Source: an uncultured Fibrobacterota bacterium (GTDB lineage: Bacteria > Fibrobacterota > Chitinivibrionia > Chitinivibrionales > FEN-1185). From it: a DNA stretch of 64,000 nt. This document shows, one piece after another, positions 10,658-20,610 of this stretch. The position numbers and the translations under genes were made by a program. The notes beneath the pieces were generated by a model. That model was not told where the DNA came from. It saw only the letters and a list, made by a program, of their open reading frames with translations, and did not search any database. Where the stretch lies: contig CAVSQB010000018.1 of the NCBI GenBank assembly GCA_963729895.1, positions 1 to 64,000 of the forward strand. The letters run 5' to 3'. Position 1 is the stretch's first letter. Every line of letters begins with the position of its first letter.

Positions 10658-11830
10658 TTATCTTAATTTGAACAAACCCGTTCGTATCAAAGCAATTTTT
10701 GGATTGTTATTTCTTACCAGGGCTTCTTTTGCGATCAAGTAACAAACAGAGAAGAACAGCACCATGCATGCTATGATACCGGACATAAAGATTCTTGGCG
10801 GATACATTTTTCGTTCAGGCGGGACCGCATAATCAATTACTTGTAATATGGGAATCTTCTTCTGCTCTTCAAACTTAGACTGTTCGTACAACGGGACAAT
10901 GAACTGAAGCATTTCATCGTAAATCTTAACATCGCGATAATACCTGAAGTAGTCCAGGGCCTTTTGCGGAAGGGAGTTCAACCCGATAACGATCTCGCTC
11001 CTGTTGCTGTTGCTCTTCAGCCTTTGGACTTCATTCTGGTACTCTGTCAGAGAAAGCTTGGCATTGTTGGCCATCGGAGAATTATCTCCATAAATTTTGG
11101 TGAGCACGTTGGATTCGACCTGCTTGGCTGCCACATCTGATTCAAGTTTTGCAAGAGTTTCAATCGTAGACGTAGTTTGCTTGCCTGCTTCAAAAACCCC
11201 GGTTCTTTCCTGATATGCTTTAAGCGAGTCTTCTGCGTTCTTCAGGTTTGTCTTGATTTCGGAGTATCTCTGCTCCAGAAAGATCCGATTGTCTTTTGAT
11301 TTCGCAACGTCCATCTGAATAATCTTTTCATTCAGATACTGCACGAGATAATTGGCCATATCGCACGCCAGTTGTGGGCTGTTTGACTGGACGCTGAGGA
11401 CAAAGGCGTTTTCCAGGGTTATGGTTGTCTTTATGGATTTCCGAATCTGTTTGACGGCGTTCTCCCTGCTTCGCATCTTGTAGACTTTTTGCAGGTCGAA
11501 CCTCTGAATCAGCAGTTCAATTGACGTGCGGCTGTAGATAATTGTGTTGTAGAGATCCATTTCCGATTCCTGCTTCATGCTGCTGAGACCTGAAGGCAGA
11601 ACGGATGAGAAATCTTTTATCAATGAAGAAAGACCAACAAGGCCATTCTCTTCCATGGACGGAACCAGCTCCGCTGTGGCCTGATATTGTTTTGGAATAA
11701 AGAAGTATATGAGTAAGTAGGATGTTATGAGCGACAGGAAAAAAGCGGAAACCAGCACCTTCTTCCATCTCATGATGACAATGACGTAGTCCAGAAAATC
11801 CATGGCACCATTTTCCGATGAAGAGGACAA
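10658..11830 (-). CDS. Chain-length determinant (Wzz/GumC family)
   Basis: Two TM segments around a coiled-coil domain; LQVIDYAVPPERKMYPPR. Confidence 0.85.
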   Translation of the reverse strand: MSSSSENGAMDFLDYVIVIMRWKKVLVSAFFLSLITSYLLIYFFIPKQYQATAELVPSMEENGLVGLSSLIKDFSSVLPSGLSSMKQESEMDLYNTIIYSRTSIELLIQRFDLQKVYKMRSRENAVKQIRKSIKTTITLENAFVLSVQSNSPQLACDMANYLVQYLNEKIIQMDVAKSKDNRIFLEQRYSEIKTNLKNAEDSLKAYQERTGVFEAGKQTTSTIETLAKLESDVAAKQVESNVLTKIYGDNSPMANNAKLSLTEYQNEVQRLKSNSNRSEIVIGLNSLPQKALDYFRYYRDVKIYDEMLQFIVPLYEQSKFEEQKKIPILQVIDYAVPPERKMYPPRIFMSGIIACMVLFFSVCYLIAKEALVRNNNPKIALIRTGLFKLR

Positions 11831-13180
11831 TCACTTGTGAATCTGAGAAAACAACAAGATCACCGTAGCCAAACCCGTGACAATAGTTGCGAGAAACCCA
11901 ATCTCCTGCAAGTAGTAATTCAAATGGTGAATCGGCTTTTTGGGGACCCAGATGTAATCCCCGGATTCAATAGGATTTGCCTTATTTTCCTTGATTTGAA
12001 GCCAATTTCTAGTTTTTCCCTTGATCAGATAGATTTCATTTTTTGCGGTCATGCCGACACCGCCGGCTTTCTCTATGTAGTATTTAGCGTCCTTTCCGCT
12101 AAGGTAGGGAATGTATCCCGGGGAATTCACCTGTCCGAACACATAAACCAGGTCAACTTTTTCCGGGATCAAGATATAATCGCCGGTTTTGACAATGAAT
12201 GCGCCGTCTGTTGAGTTTTCGTCAAAGACTTTGTTGAAATCCACCGCGCCATTTCCACGGGAGATTCTCAATTTGTTGTCTACCATGAATGCAGCGGAAT
12301 CTTCCAGTGAAATGTTTGACATGCGGCCCATAAGGAGGTTTTCAAAGTCCTCGGTGAAAAGCGTTGAACGAAATACGTTGGCTCCCCGAATTATTTCCGC
12401 TCTGTTAAGGTCGGCTGAAGGCTTAAATCCGCCGGCTTTTTCAATTACTTTCCTAAGGGTGGTGGTGTTCCGCGTGATAAAGACAGTGCCGGGGTGTATA
12501 ACCTCCCCGTCGACATACACCTTGTAGTCCTTCCGCTGATCATCATCGGCGAGAATCTTGATTCTGTCACCTCGAAACAGTTTGGGATTATCCGATATGG
12601 TAACAGTATCTTCCTGTTCCCCGTTGCCGTCACTATTTATTCTGTTAATGAGCGCCTTCGTTACGCTCTGATAGGAAGGGTCAAGGCCCTGCCCGAAAAG
12701 AATTGCATCCGAAAGCCGGTCCCCTTCCACGAACTGGAATGTTGTAGGGCCAGTAACGGCACCTTCGATTGAAACAAAATTAATATCAAGAGCGAACGGA
12801 GGAATAATAATGACATCTCCATTTTTCAGGTATGGGTTGTAAGCAAAGTCCCCTGTCATTTGAAATTTGAGCAGATCAACCGGCACTTTTTCTCCTGTGG
12901 ATCTTTTCAGAACTATGTTTCTTTTCGAAAATTGAAAGGACATGCCCTTCCCATTTCTGACATCGATACAGGTTCTTGTCAGGAATTGATCAACCCGCTC
13001 CTGGGGAGAAGCAGGGAAGGTGCCGGTTACAAGGAAGCTGCCGCCAATGGTGACGCTGATGGATTCAAGGTTAGGTAGTTCTTCGTTACTGAGTGGCCTC
13101 GCTTCCGCAGCTGAAACACTTGCCTGGGGAACCAAGAGGCACAAGGAAAAAAAGCAGGATAGGAAAGCTATTTCTCGCAT
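11831..13180 (-). CDS. SLBB-repeat polysaccharide export protein (Wza/KpsD-like)
   Basis: Signal peptide; repeated SLBB motifs VSIEGAV, VYVDGEVIHPG and VYVFGQVNSPG. Confidence 0.85.
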   Translation of the reverse strand: MREIAFLSCFFSLCLLVPQASVSAAEARPLSNEELPNLESISVTIGGSFLVTGTFPASPQERVDQFLTRTCIDVRNGKGMSFQFSKRNIVLKRSTGEKVPVDLLKFQMTGDFAYNPYLKNGDVIIIPPFALDINFVSIEGAVTGPTTFQFVEGDRLSDAILFGQGLDPSYQSVTKALINRINSDGNGEQEDTVTISDNPKLFRGDRIKILADDDQRKDYKVYVDGEVIHPGTVFITRNTTTLRKVIEKAGGFKPSADLNRAEIIRGANVFRSTLFTEDFENLLMGRMSNISLEDSAAFMVDNKLRISRGNGAVDFNKVFDENSTDGAFIVKTGDYILIPEKVDLVYVFGQVNSPGYIPYLSGKDAKYYIEKAGGVGMTAKNEIYLIKGKTRNWLQIKENKANPIESGDYIWVPKKPIHHLNYYLQEIGFLATIVTGLATVILLFSQIHK

Positions 13181-13325
13181 AAATCAACGGTACGGATTCC
13201 TGTTTGACCACAGAGCGAAAAGCTGCTGGATTCGATTTTCAGAATTCCTGAAATGGACTGGCAGTTTACGTTGTTTCACTTGATATCCGAAGGCAACCGG
13301 AAGGACAGATTTCAGCATAATATAA

Positions 13326-14226
13326 GGTAATTATAAAGGATCTTGCACCAAATTAGTGATCATTTTGACAAGTTTTTCAAAGAAATTTTCATGACGATGA
13401 TTGTACCGAAAAGCCATTTCGTTCAGATACCCTGGAAAGTATTCTTTGGAGACTCCATGGAACTTTGCAAGACGTTCCTTAGCATAGCTCCAGAAGCCTT
13501 CCAAACCGTTAATATAAACTTTGCCTGTGGCAAATCTTTTCCCATGGTCGACTCTCAAATGCCGATAACCGCAGAACATCAGGGCGTCATAGCCGCGGAA
13601 TTTGTCAGTGTAAATGATGGAGCCTCGTCTGACCATTTTCACAGTCTCAGTCAACAGGCTTTCGGCAGTGACGTTTTTTACTACTGTCACCTTCACTTTT
13701 CCGTGTCTCTCCAGGATACCAAAGACGGGAACCTTTCCGGCAGCACCCCGGCCACGTTTACCTTTACGCCTGCCGCCGAAGTAGGATTCATCGAGCTCAA
13801 CCTCTCCAGAGAGCCAGAAATCGCTTTCAGCGACCATCAAGGCCCTTCGGATGAGATTACACATCCGCAAGACCGTGGGATAGCTCAAACCGATCTGAGT
13901 TGCTATCCTGCGTGCTGAGACTTCCAGTTCAAAGAGCTTAATGATCCACAGCAGCTTTTTCAGAGGGACGCGGCACTGACCAATCCACCGATTCGAGAAG
14001 TCATGAAAGGTATTTCCGCATCGTTTGCACCTGAACTTTTTACCTTTTAAACGATAGATTTTATGGCTGTTACAATTGATGCAGAAAACATGGCCATTTT
14101 TCCAACAGAACTTTCTGAGGAACAATTTTGCCCTGTTTTCAGTTTTCCCTATGAATTCAAAGGTTTCTAATTGACTAAAGCCCATATGCACAAGATAATT
14201 CCTGTGCAAGATGTTTTATAATCACC
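13326..14226 (-). mobile_element. IS1595-family insertion sequence
   Basis: TIRs GGTAATTATAAAGGATCTTGCAC / GGTGATTATAAAACATCTTGCAC; 8-bp TSD TAATATAA at 13318-13325 and 14227-14234. Confidence 0.93.
13331..14185 (-). CDS. IS1595-family transposase
   Basis: Zn ribbon CINC...CKRC; GEVELDESYFGG, IYTDKF and INGLEGFWS motifs. Confidence 0.93.
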   Translation of the reverse strand: MGFSQLETFEFIGKTENRAKLFLRKFCWKNGHVFCINCNSHKIYRLKGKKFRCKRCGNTFHDFSNRWIGQCRVPLKKLLWIIKLFELEVSARRIATQIGLSYPTVLRMCNLIRRALMVAESDFWLSGEVELDESYFGGRRKGKRGRGAAGKVPVFGILERHGKVKVTVVKNVTAESLLTETVKMVRRGSIIYTDKFRGYDALMFCGYRHLRVDHGKRFATGKVYINGLEGFWSYAKERLAKFHGVSKEYFPGYLNEMAFRYNHRHENFFEKLVKMITNLVQDPL

Positions 14227-14543
14227 TAATATAATCATTGCGCAGCCACGATATGCATTGCCATAGGGGTCGAATTATCAAATCATATTATTTGAGAAAT
14301 TCTTGTCTCAATTGAGGCATAAGAAACCCCATCACTATCATGAATATTCAGCCACAATATACCATAATGTTGCCATGGCTGAGATTCTCATCTATCCCTG
14401 TGAAACAGGAGATTCTCGGAAAGGAGCCTCTTTTCGAGGCTATCGATTTGCGCGTCCAATTTTCGGTTTATTTGCCACCTGCTGAATTCGAAAGTATATT
14501 GTCCGATGAAGAGCGAAGAAGAAGACTCGGTTAGGGACCATCA

Positions 14544-17357
14544 ATGAAATACGTTGCACCGTACGCTTTCGTGCTCGTCATTCCTGTATTCTTTTTTGCG
14601 TGCACCAATAATCTTTTCTCATCACAACAGCATGAAGTCCCCGGTGCTTCCGGGATGGTGAACATTGCAAGCGCAGGACAGACTTTCGTGATGGGCAGTT
14701 CTGCCCCTGAAGCCGCCCCTGACGAGCAGCCGCCGATGCCGGTAACCTTCACCTACGACTACTGGCTCGATACCACCGAAGTAACCCAAAGACAATACAT
14801 CGATTGCACCGGCAAGTTGCCTGTCTTAAGCAGCAGCGCCTACGGATTCGGCGATGGGTATCCCGTCTACTACGTTTCGTGGTATGATGCGGTTCTATTC
14901 TGTAACGCACGAAGCAAAAAAGGAAAACTGGACACCGTATATTCCTACCACTCATTTGATACATTGGCTAATGGCACTGTGTTCAATATGACAGGACTGC
15001 TCATCGACTTTTCAAAAAACGGCTTTCGATTGCCCACCGAGGCGGAATGGGAATATGCCGCCCGAGGAGGCACTCCACCCGATGGAATCCTGACTCTTGC
15101 CGATTCGACCAAGGCTGGTTCGCTTGCATGGTATTCGGCAAATGCCAATGGCAAGACTCACTTGGTGGCTACGAAAAGCCGCAACAGGTTTGGCCTGTAC
15201 GACATGGCCGGCAATGTTTTTGAGTGGGTGAACGATTGGAAAACTGCCTACCGAAATGAGGCAATCAGCAACCCCGTCGGCGGCGAGTACCCTGATGCGC
15301 AATACGAGCGGGTTGTCAAAGGCGGCTCGTTCGAGCACGGGTTATCGCTCCTGCGTGTGTCGAACCGCAGCGCTACCTATGCAACCACCGTTTCGGCAAT
15401 TGCCGAATATGTTGGTTTCCGCTGTGCGCGCGCGATAATACCGTCTCCCGCGTTTATCACCGCGGACACCTCATCGGCATTTGTCACTACACCGACCAGT
15501 CTTCTGATAAGCTCAACGCAGCAGTTTTTGGGGACAATGAGCGCCAGACTCGTATATGTCAATGTCACGGGCAATTACCAGACGCTTTGTGCGGTGAATT
15601 TTCAGGAAGCGCACCCGATGGTTCGTGAGTTCAAGGACATTCGCACCGTCAGCAACCCGACACTTTCGCCCGACGGCCACTATGTTGTGTTCGGGTCTCG
15701 CGGTGTAGGACTTTCAGGAACTTCCTACGGCTACGTCCGGGCGGTCGATTCGGTCACCTCTCCTGCGGTTCGCATCCCGGGCGACAGTTGCTATATTCCG
15801 CGTTGGTGGGTCGACCGTGCAACGAGGGACACGTTTATCATCTATGCGAACACAGCCATTGACAATGCGTCATCCATGTGGACGAATGCCGTCACTTTTC
15901 GGCAGAAAATGTCTGGTGGCCGCCCCGTAGGGGTTCGGGAGGAGCTTGCCAACTGCGCCGGATTCCATGACGGGCTCTCGGAATCCGGACGATACACCGT
16001 CTCGGGCTTTACACGGCTCATGATGCGCAACACCGAAACCGGCATTTCAACCCAGCTTTTTACGTCACCCCAAAACGGCAAGGATGCTGGCGGATCGACG
16101 CAGGCCTGCAATGTTTCAATTTGTCCCGACACGGTCAATGAGAGCCGCTGTCTTTTTCTTGATTTCGGCTACCCGCGAATAAGCTCGTTGATCGGCTCCT
16201 CCTATGCCGTTCATGAATATCTTTTCATGACCGACTCATCCGGCGCCGTGCTTTGGTGGATGCATGCTCCAGCCGGCACCAATTCGTGGGATGATGTCGA
16301 GTGGTCGAACCAACCACCCTATGCCGTGGGTTTAGGCGAACTCTCGTCGGGTATTACCGATGGCATTTACGTTATTGACCTCGAACAGAAGTCATCGCTG
16401 AAAGCAGTTGCCGGCATTACAGTCATAGAGCCCTATCTGTGGACAGCGGATGTCGGTGGCAACCCCGCGCAATTGGCACTTGACAGCCTGGGACATTACA
16501 ATGATCCTCCCGTGAGCGATGCACTTTCTCAATGGGCCGCAAAAATGCGGATGTTCTGGACCCACTATTCCACGGTACAGATTGTCGCAGCAGGAAGTTC
16601 CCAGATACTGTCCGGTATCGATTGCAGCCAGTTCACAAACGCGAGCGGGATCAACCTCGGCTACAGCGGATGCGGGGTATCTGAAATCGTCGATATCATG
16701 CGCAATTACGTAATGAACCGGTGTCCGAACCTGACAACCGTGATCTTGGGTGCCACGCCCTATTGGCTTGCCGATTCAGGCGGGAATGCATGGAATCCGT
16801 GGGTTGCCGGATTGACTCAAAATAAAGGATATCTTTATGATAAATCGCATCAGTTCTGGCAGGGTGGGTTGCCCCGAGGTTTTGATGAACTTATGACAAA
16901 GGCACCATTTGTGAACGTATATGGTCTGGACACTCTTGGAATGGCGGATTCGACAGCGTGTAATGGATGGGGAATTCCTGAACCCGGCGGAAGCATAGAC
17001 TGGGACACATCAAACTCCCTCTATTGCCAAAATGTTGCGATGATGGACTCTCTTGTTGGTGATCTTGACAAAAGACAAATATTGGTTGTCATGGTTCTGT
17101 TTCCGGAGGATAGCGGATTCAAGAATACCGCCTATTTCGCCGCAGGCGGTCCCTCCTGGAATACCGGAAGAGAATACGTTGCCCAACTCAAAGCGCTGGA
17201 ACAGCGCTATCCTCATTACCACTTTTTTGATGCATATCAGTTCGGCAATCATGACTACGGTGACGAAGATGCCGCGAATCAGAACCACCTCTGCCCCGTT
17301 GGAGCAAAGAAACTTACTCAGCGGCTCGATTCGTTGATTCACACATTCTCACCGTGA
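14544..17357 (+). CDS. TIGR02171-like lipoprotein, paralogue of 1552-4395
   Basis: Lipobox FFFAC; FRLPTEAEWEYAAR; colinear similarity to 1552-4395 over the full length. Confidence 0.87.
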   Translation: MKYVAPYAFVLVIPVFFFACTNNLFSSQQHEVPGASGMVNIASAGQTFVMGSSAPEAAPDEQPPMPVTFTYDYWLDTTEVTQRQYIDCTGKLPVLSSSAYGFGDGYPVYYVSWYDAVLFCNARSKKGKLDTVYSYHSFDTLANGTVFNMTGLLIDFSKNGFRLPTEAEWEYAARGGTPPDGILTLADSTKAGSLAWYSANANGKTHLVATKSRNRFGLYDMAGNVFEWVNDWKTAYRNEAISNPVGGEYPDAQYERVVKGGSFEHGLSLLRVSNRSATYATTVSAIAEYVGFRCARAIIPSPAFITADTSSAFVTTPTSLLISSTQQFLGTMSARLVYVNVTGNYQTLCAVNFQEAHPMVREFKDIRTVSNPTLSPDGHYVVFGSRGVGLSGTSYGYVRAVDSVTSPAVRIPGDSCYIPRWWVDRATRDTFIIYANTAIDNASSMWTNAVTFRQKMSGGRPVGVREELANCAGFHDGLSESGRYTVSGFTRLMMRNTETGISTQLFTSPQNGKDAGGSTQACNVSICPDTVNESRCLFLDFGYPRISSLIGSSYAVHEYLFMTDSSGAVLWWMHAPAGTNSWDDVEWSNQPPYAVGLGELSSGITDGIYVIDLEQKSSLKAVAGITVIEPYLWTADVGGNPAQLALDSLGHYNDPPVSDALSQWAAKMRMFWTHYSTVQIVAAGSSQILSGIDCSQFTNASGINLGYSGCGVSEIVDIMRNYVMNRCPNLTTVILGATPYWLADSGGNAWNPWVAGLTQNKGYLYDKSHQFWQGGLPRGFDELMTKAPFVNVYGLDTLGMADSTACNGWGIPEPGGSIDWDTSNSLYCQNVAMMDSLVGDLDKRQILVVMVLFPEDSGFKNTAYFAAGGPSWNTGREYVAQLKALEQRYPHYHFFDAYQFGNHDYGDEDAANQNHLCPVGAKKLTQRLDSLIHTFSP

Positions 17358-17697
17358 TCTCCTCAGGTGCACATTACAAAGCTGGACTGCCGTACCCGAC
17401 AGAAGGTTCTTGTCTCCTTATTGTCGTTCCAGCCACCCGGCAACCGGAAAGGCAACGAAATCAATTTCGTTGTCATTTTCTGCTTCCGCTTGTTACCATT
17501 TGACCAGGATAGTACCCCTGGATGTTCACTGTGCCCGGTCAATGACTTATTTGCGATTGACAAATAGTCCAAAAGTGGCCACATTTGGGTAGTTTCGCGG
17601 GGTATTTCGTAGGTTTGAGGCACTGCGGGGAAAAACAAGAAACCCTCAAAAATGCCTCTCTTGCGCGAAGAACGGCAAATTTGACGGATGTTATATT

Positions 17698-17744
17698 CGT
17701 GCCTTGAGAGAATCGAACTCCCAACCTGCGGATTAGAAATCCGT
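17698..17744 (-). other. 3' half of tRNA-Arg(TCT), probable att site
   Basis: Minus strand ACGGA-TTTCTAA-TCCGC, AGGTT, GGGAG-TTCGATT-CTCTC, AAGGCAC-G; no D arm or 5' acceptor strand upstream; next to the integrase stop. Confidence 0.8.
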
Positions 17745-17790
17745 ATATCGACTGTCGATTCCTGCCTTTTTAATATCATTTTAAGGGTTT

Positions 17791-18406
17791 TTACACCGCT
17801 TTAGCCTTCGGCACTATCACAGCACTATCACATTGCCGGGTAAAACGAACAAGATCGAGTGTTTTTTTCGGCTCGCGATTATAATACACTCGCAGCATAT
17901 TCGTTTTCCATCCGGCTATACTCATGACCACCTGCTCAGGTGTTCCGTTGTCGACAAGCATCGACGCGCTGCAATGCCTGGTATCGTGAAACCTGAAATT
18001 ATTCACACCAGCTATGTTTAAGCACCGCTTCCATGCTTTCTTAAAATCACCCAAGCTGTGATACCCGTTCTTATCCTGACGGTAGAAAAGATATTTGCAT
18101 CCCACGGGAATAGATCGGAAGTATTCTCGCATGTCCGGCGGAATCGGTTTCCATAGACCCGCGCCGTTCTTGGTTTCACCATTGCGTACCCGAATGACAT
18201 TGTTGAACAGGTCCAGATCATCCACCGTCATTCCAACAAGCTCGGACTTACGGCAGGGAACCTGCAAAGCAAAACGCACAACTGCCTTTAAATGAGGTGC
18301 TTCCATTTCGATCACATTGAGCAGGCGCTGCTGGTCAATATCCGATATTACTACGTCGCGGGGAATCTCTTTAAGTTTTCTGAAATGCTTTAAAGGATTT
18401 ACTTTA
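17791..18406 (-). pseudogene. Tyrosine recombinase (phage integrase), N-terminally truncated by IS5
   Basis: CRKSEL, ETKNG, FRFHDTRH and GWKT..MLRVYY; frame stays open to the IS5 TIR (KVNPLKHF...). Confidence 0.85.
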
Positions 18407-19700
18407 GGGGACCTCTAAAAATTCTGTAAAATAGTAGATTCCAAGATCATGTTGACAGATAGTATTATTTCGCGATGTCAGGGCGTCTATTTGTCTGATA
18501 GGTGCCCAAAACTGTTCTTTTTTCGGTCCCTTTGGGGGCCTTGTGCGGTCCTGTCCCGCTTTTCAGGCGTGGCACTCAAGATATGCAAAGCGTTTTATGT
18601 TGTAAACCAGGTTCAGGAGTCCTATCTTCGCCGCGGCCCTCAGCCGCCCGATACACCTGATCCTGCCACGAAACATGATTTCTATTTGAGCAAACACATG
18701 TTCTATACGCGATCTGACTTTGGATTTCTTCCGGTTCTGTGCCAATTGTGCTTCCGTCAATGGTGCGCCACGAGTCCCTTTGACACATATTTTGCTTCTG
18801 TACCAGAGATAATCAAGCCTTTGTTCCGCCTTTTCCGAATGATACGCGCTGTCGGCAAACACGTCCGCGTTCGTGTTCTCAGGATTAAGGAGAGGTTCAA
18901 GCATATTGGAGTCGTGCACTTCTGCGGATGTCGCCGCATAGTCTCGAATGATTTTATGCTTCGCGTCTACCGACGCATGGTTCTTGTAGCCAAAAAACGT
19001 CTGATCGTTCTTCTTCGTCCATCGCGCATCAACATCTTTCTGACGAAGTTTCTCAGGGTGCTTTTCCCATTCCTGCGGCGTGCCCCCGTTCTTGATTTCT
19101 TTATTCTCCTCCCGCGTGTTTCTCTGGCGAGGTACCTCGACAAAACTCGCATCTATTATTTGGCCTTTCTGGGCAGTGTAACCCGCTTCGTTCAACTGAC
19201 GACCGAACAGGTCAAACAGCTTCTTGACAACGCCTGCTTGTGTCAGCGTTTCCCGAAACAACCAGACCGTTTTCTCGTCGGGAATGCTATCCTCGGAAGT
19301 GAGTTCAAGAAACCGTTTGAACGTCAATCGGTCCAGAATCTGAAACTGGGTTTGCGCATCGGAAAGCCCATACATCGTCTGCAACACGAGAATCTTGAAC
19401 ATCAGGATATAATCGTACGGTGGACGACCGGCGTTGCTCTTCCGTTCCTTGCGAAAAGCCTTGTCAATAACAGGACGAAAACTCTTCCAACGTATGGCCC
19501 GATTGATGGTTTCAAGAGGGTCTCCCATTTCGGAAAGCTCGGAAAGGCGATTCTCAAGGTCAAAAAGGCCTATCTGTCCCATCGCAATATCCTCCAGACG
19601 GTAGTGGGTTCGCAGGTTTGTTGTCTGGAATTAAAATAATTGACGAAATAGCCTTTGTCAAGCATTAATTGGGCAAATTAGGCAATTTTTAGAGGTCCCC
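18407..19700 (-). mobile_element. IS5-family insertion sequence
   Basis: Perfect TIR GGGGACCTCTAAAAATT at both ends; TTA on both flanks. Confidence 0.92.
18563..19582 (-). CDS. IS5-family transposase
   Basis: GRPPYD, IPDEKTVWLFRE, IIDASFV, FFGYKNH, FADSAY and RSRIEHVF motifs. Confidence 0.93.
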   Translation of the reverse strand: MGQIGLFDLENRLSELSEMGDPLETINRAIRWKSFRPVIDKAFRKERKSNAGRPPYDYILMFKILVLQTMYGLSDAQTQFQILDRLTFKRFLELTSEDSIPDEKTVWLFRETLTQAGVVKKLFDLFGRQLNEAGYTAQKGQIIDASFVEVPRQRNTREENKEIKNGGTPQEWEKHPEKLRQKDVDARWTKKNDQTFFGYKNHASVDAKHKIIRDYAATSAEVHDSNMLEPLLNPENTNADVFADSAYHSEKAEQRLDYLWYRSKICVKGTRGAPLTEAQLAQNRKKSKVRSRIEHVFAQIEIMFRGRIRCIGRLRAAAKIGLLNLVYNIKRFAYLECHA

Positions 19701-19735
19701 TTAAGTACATAAGACGACGAAGAACAGAGAAATAG
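19700..19735 (+). pseudogene. C-terminal remnant of a VapB-type antitoxin
   Basis: LKYIRRRRTEK* ends 1 nt before the vapC ATG; basic tail resembles VapB ends; the rest is replaced by IS5. Confidence 0.5.
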
Positions 19736-19736
19736 T

Positions 19737-20096
19737 ATGGTTTTGGTGGACACCTCAGTCTGGATAGATCATTTTAACTTTGGGGATAAGGACCTGGAAT
19801 TTTTATTGGACGAAAACGAGGTTGCGGTCCATCCTTTTGTTATTGGTGAGCTTGCTTGCGGAAATTTCAAGAACAGGAAATTGATTTTGTCTTTATTGAA
19901 TGCCTTGCCTTTGACTCGGGAAATATCGAGAGATGAATTCTTTTCATTTCTCGATCAACATCGGCTTTTTGGCACTGGAATGGGTTTTGTGGACGTTAAT
20001 CTTTTGGCATCCGCTCTGATTTCAAATTGTGCACTATATACTCGCGACAGAGCTTTACTTTCCTCTGCAAACAAGTTAAAAACAGCATACAAATAA
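19737..20096 (+). CDS. vapC: PIN-domain toxin (VapC family)
   Basis: VLVDTSVWIDH, HPFVIGELACG, GFVDVNLLAS and LYTRD motifs. Confidence 0.9.
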   Translation: MVLVDTSVWIDHFNFGDKDLEFLLDENEVAVHPFVIGELACGNFKNRKLILSLLNALPLTREISRDEFFSFLDQHRLFGTGMGFVDVNLLASALISNCALYTRDRALLSSANKLKTAYK

Positions 20097-20101
20097 CTTC
20101 C

Positions 20102-20195
20102 CGCTAACAAGCGGTTCAACCCATAACCGAACGCGGGTCCCAAACGCTCCCTTTGGTCGCGTTTCCCGCGTCGGCAGGTTAACCGCGAGTTTAGC
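20102..20195 (+). other. Integron attC recombination site
   Basis: R'' CGCTAAC, 5-nt spacer, L'' GTTCAACC, palindromic centre, L' GGTTAAC (extrahelical base), 5-nt spacer, R' GTTTAGC; starts 5 nt after the vapC stop. Confidence 0.8.
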
Positions 20196-20217
20196 CGATA
20201 ATAAAGGAAAGAATACC

Positions 20218-20610
20218 ATGACAATTGAATTGACCGTACTTGTTCTAAGCGTAATTCTGGGAATAATTCATCTCGTCATGGCGTCACACGCTGCCAGTTT
20301 TCAACGTGGCTATAAATGGACTGCAAGCAACAGAGACAAGATTATTCCGCCGTTGTCCGGCATTGCAGGTCGATTGGAAAGAATTGCAATAAATTATTTG
20401 GAAACATTCCCCTTCTTTGCGACAGTAGTAATAATTGCACATTTAACGGGACATCATAATTCAATAACAATTTGGGGAGCATATTTTTATTTGCTGGGAA
20501 GAATTGCCTACGCAGTAATATATGCAATTGGAATTCCATTGTTGCGTTCTCTCGTTTGGAACTTTGCGACAATAGGAATATTTATGGTTCTGATTGGAAT
20601 ATTTATATAA
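20218..20610 (+). CDS. MAPEG-family membrane protein (probable gene cassette)
   Basis: AGRLERIAINYLETFPFF and LGRIAYAVIY; AT-rich; directly after attC. Confidence 0.85.
   Translation: MTIELTVLVLSVILGIIHLVMASHAASFQRGYKWTASNRDKIIPPLSGIAGRLERIAINYLETFPFFATVVIIAHLTGHHNSITIWGAYFYLLGRIAYAVIYAIGIPLLRSLVWNFATIGIFMVLIGIFI

Noticed and set aside
14303..14534. Small ORFs between IS1595 and the lipoprotein gene
   Set aside because: Short, with no motifs or convincing RBS; likely promoter region
1552..17357. FGE (CLec-fold) proteins as DGR targets
   Set aside because: The FGE domains are N-terminal, no near-identical template repeat or RT is present, and the paralogues diverge throughout
17698..17744. 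Functional tRNA-Arg gene
   Set aside because: No 5' acceptor strand or D arm upstream
17791..18406. Integron integrase for the nearby attC
   Set aside because: It lacks the IntI-specific insertion and LLGH-type motifs, and it sits at a tRNA fragment like a phage or island integrase
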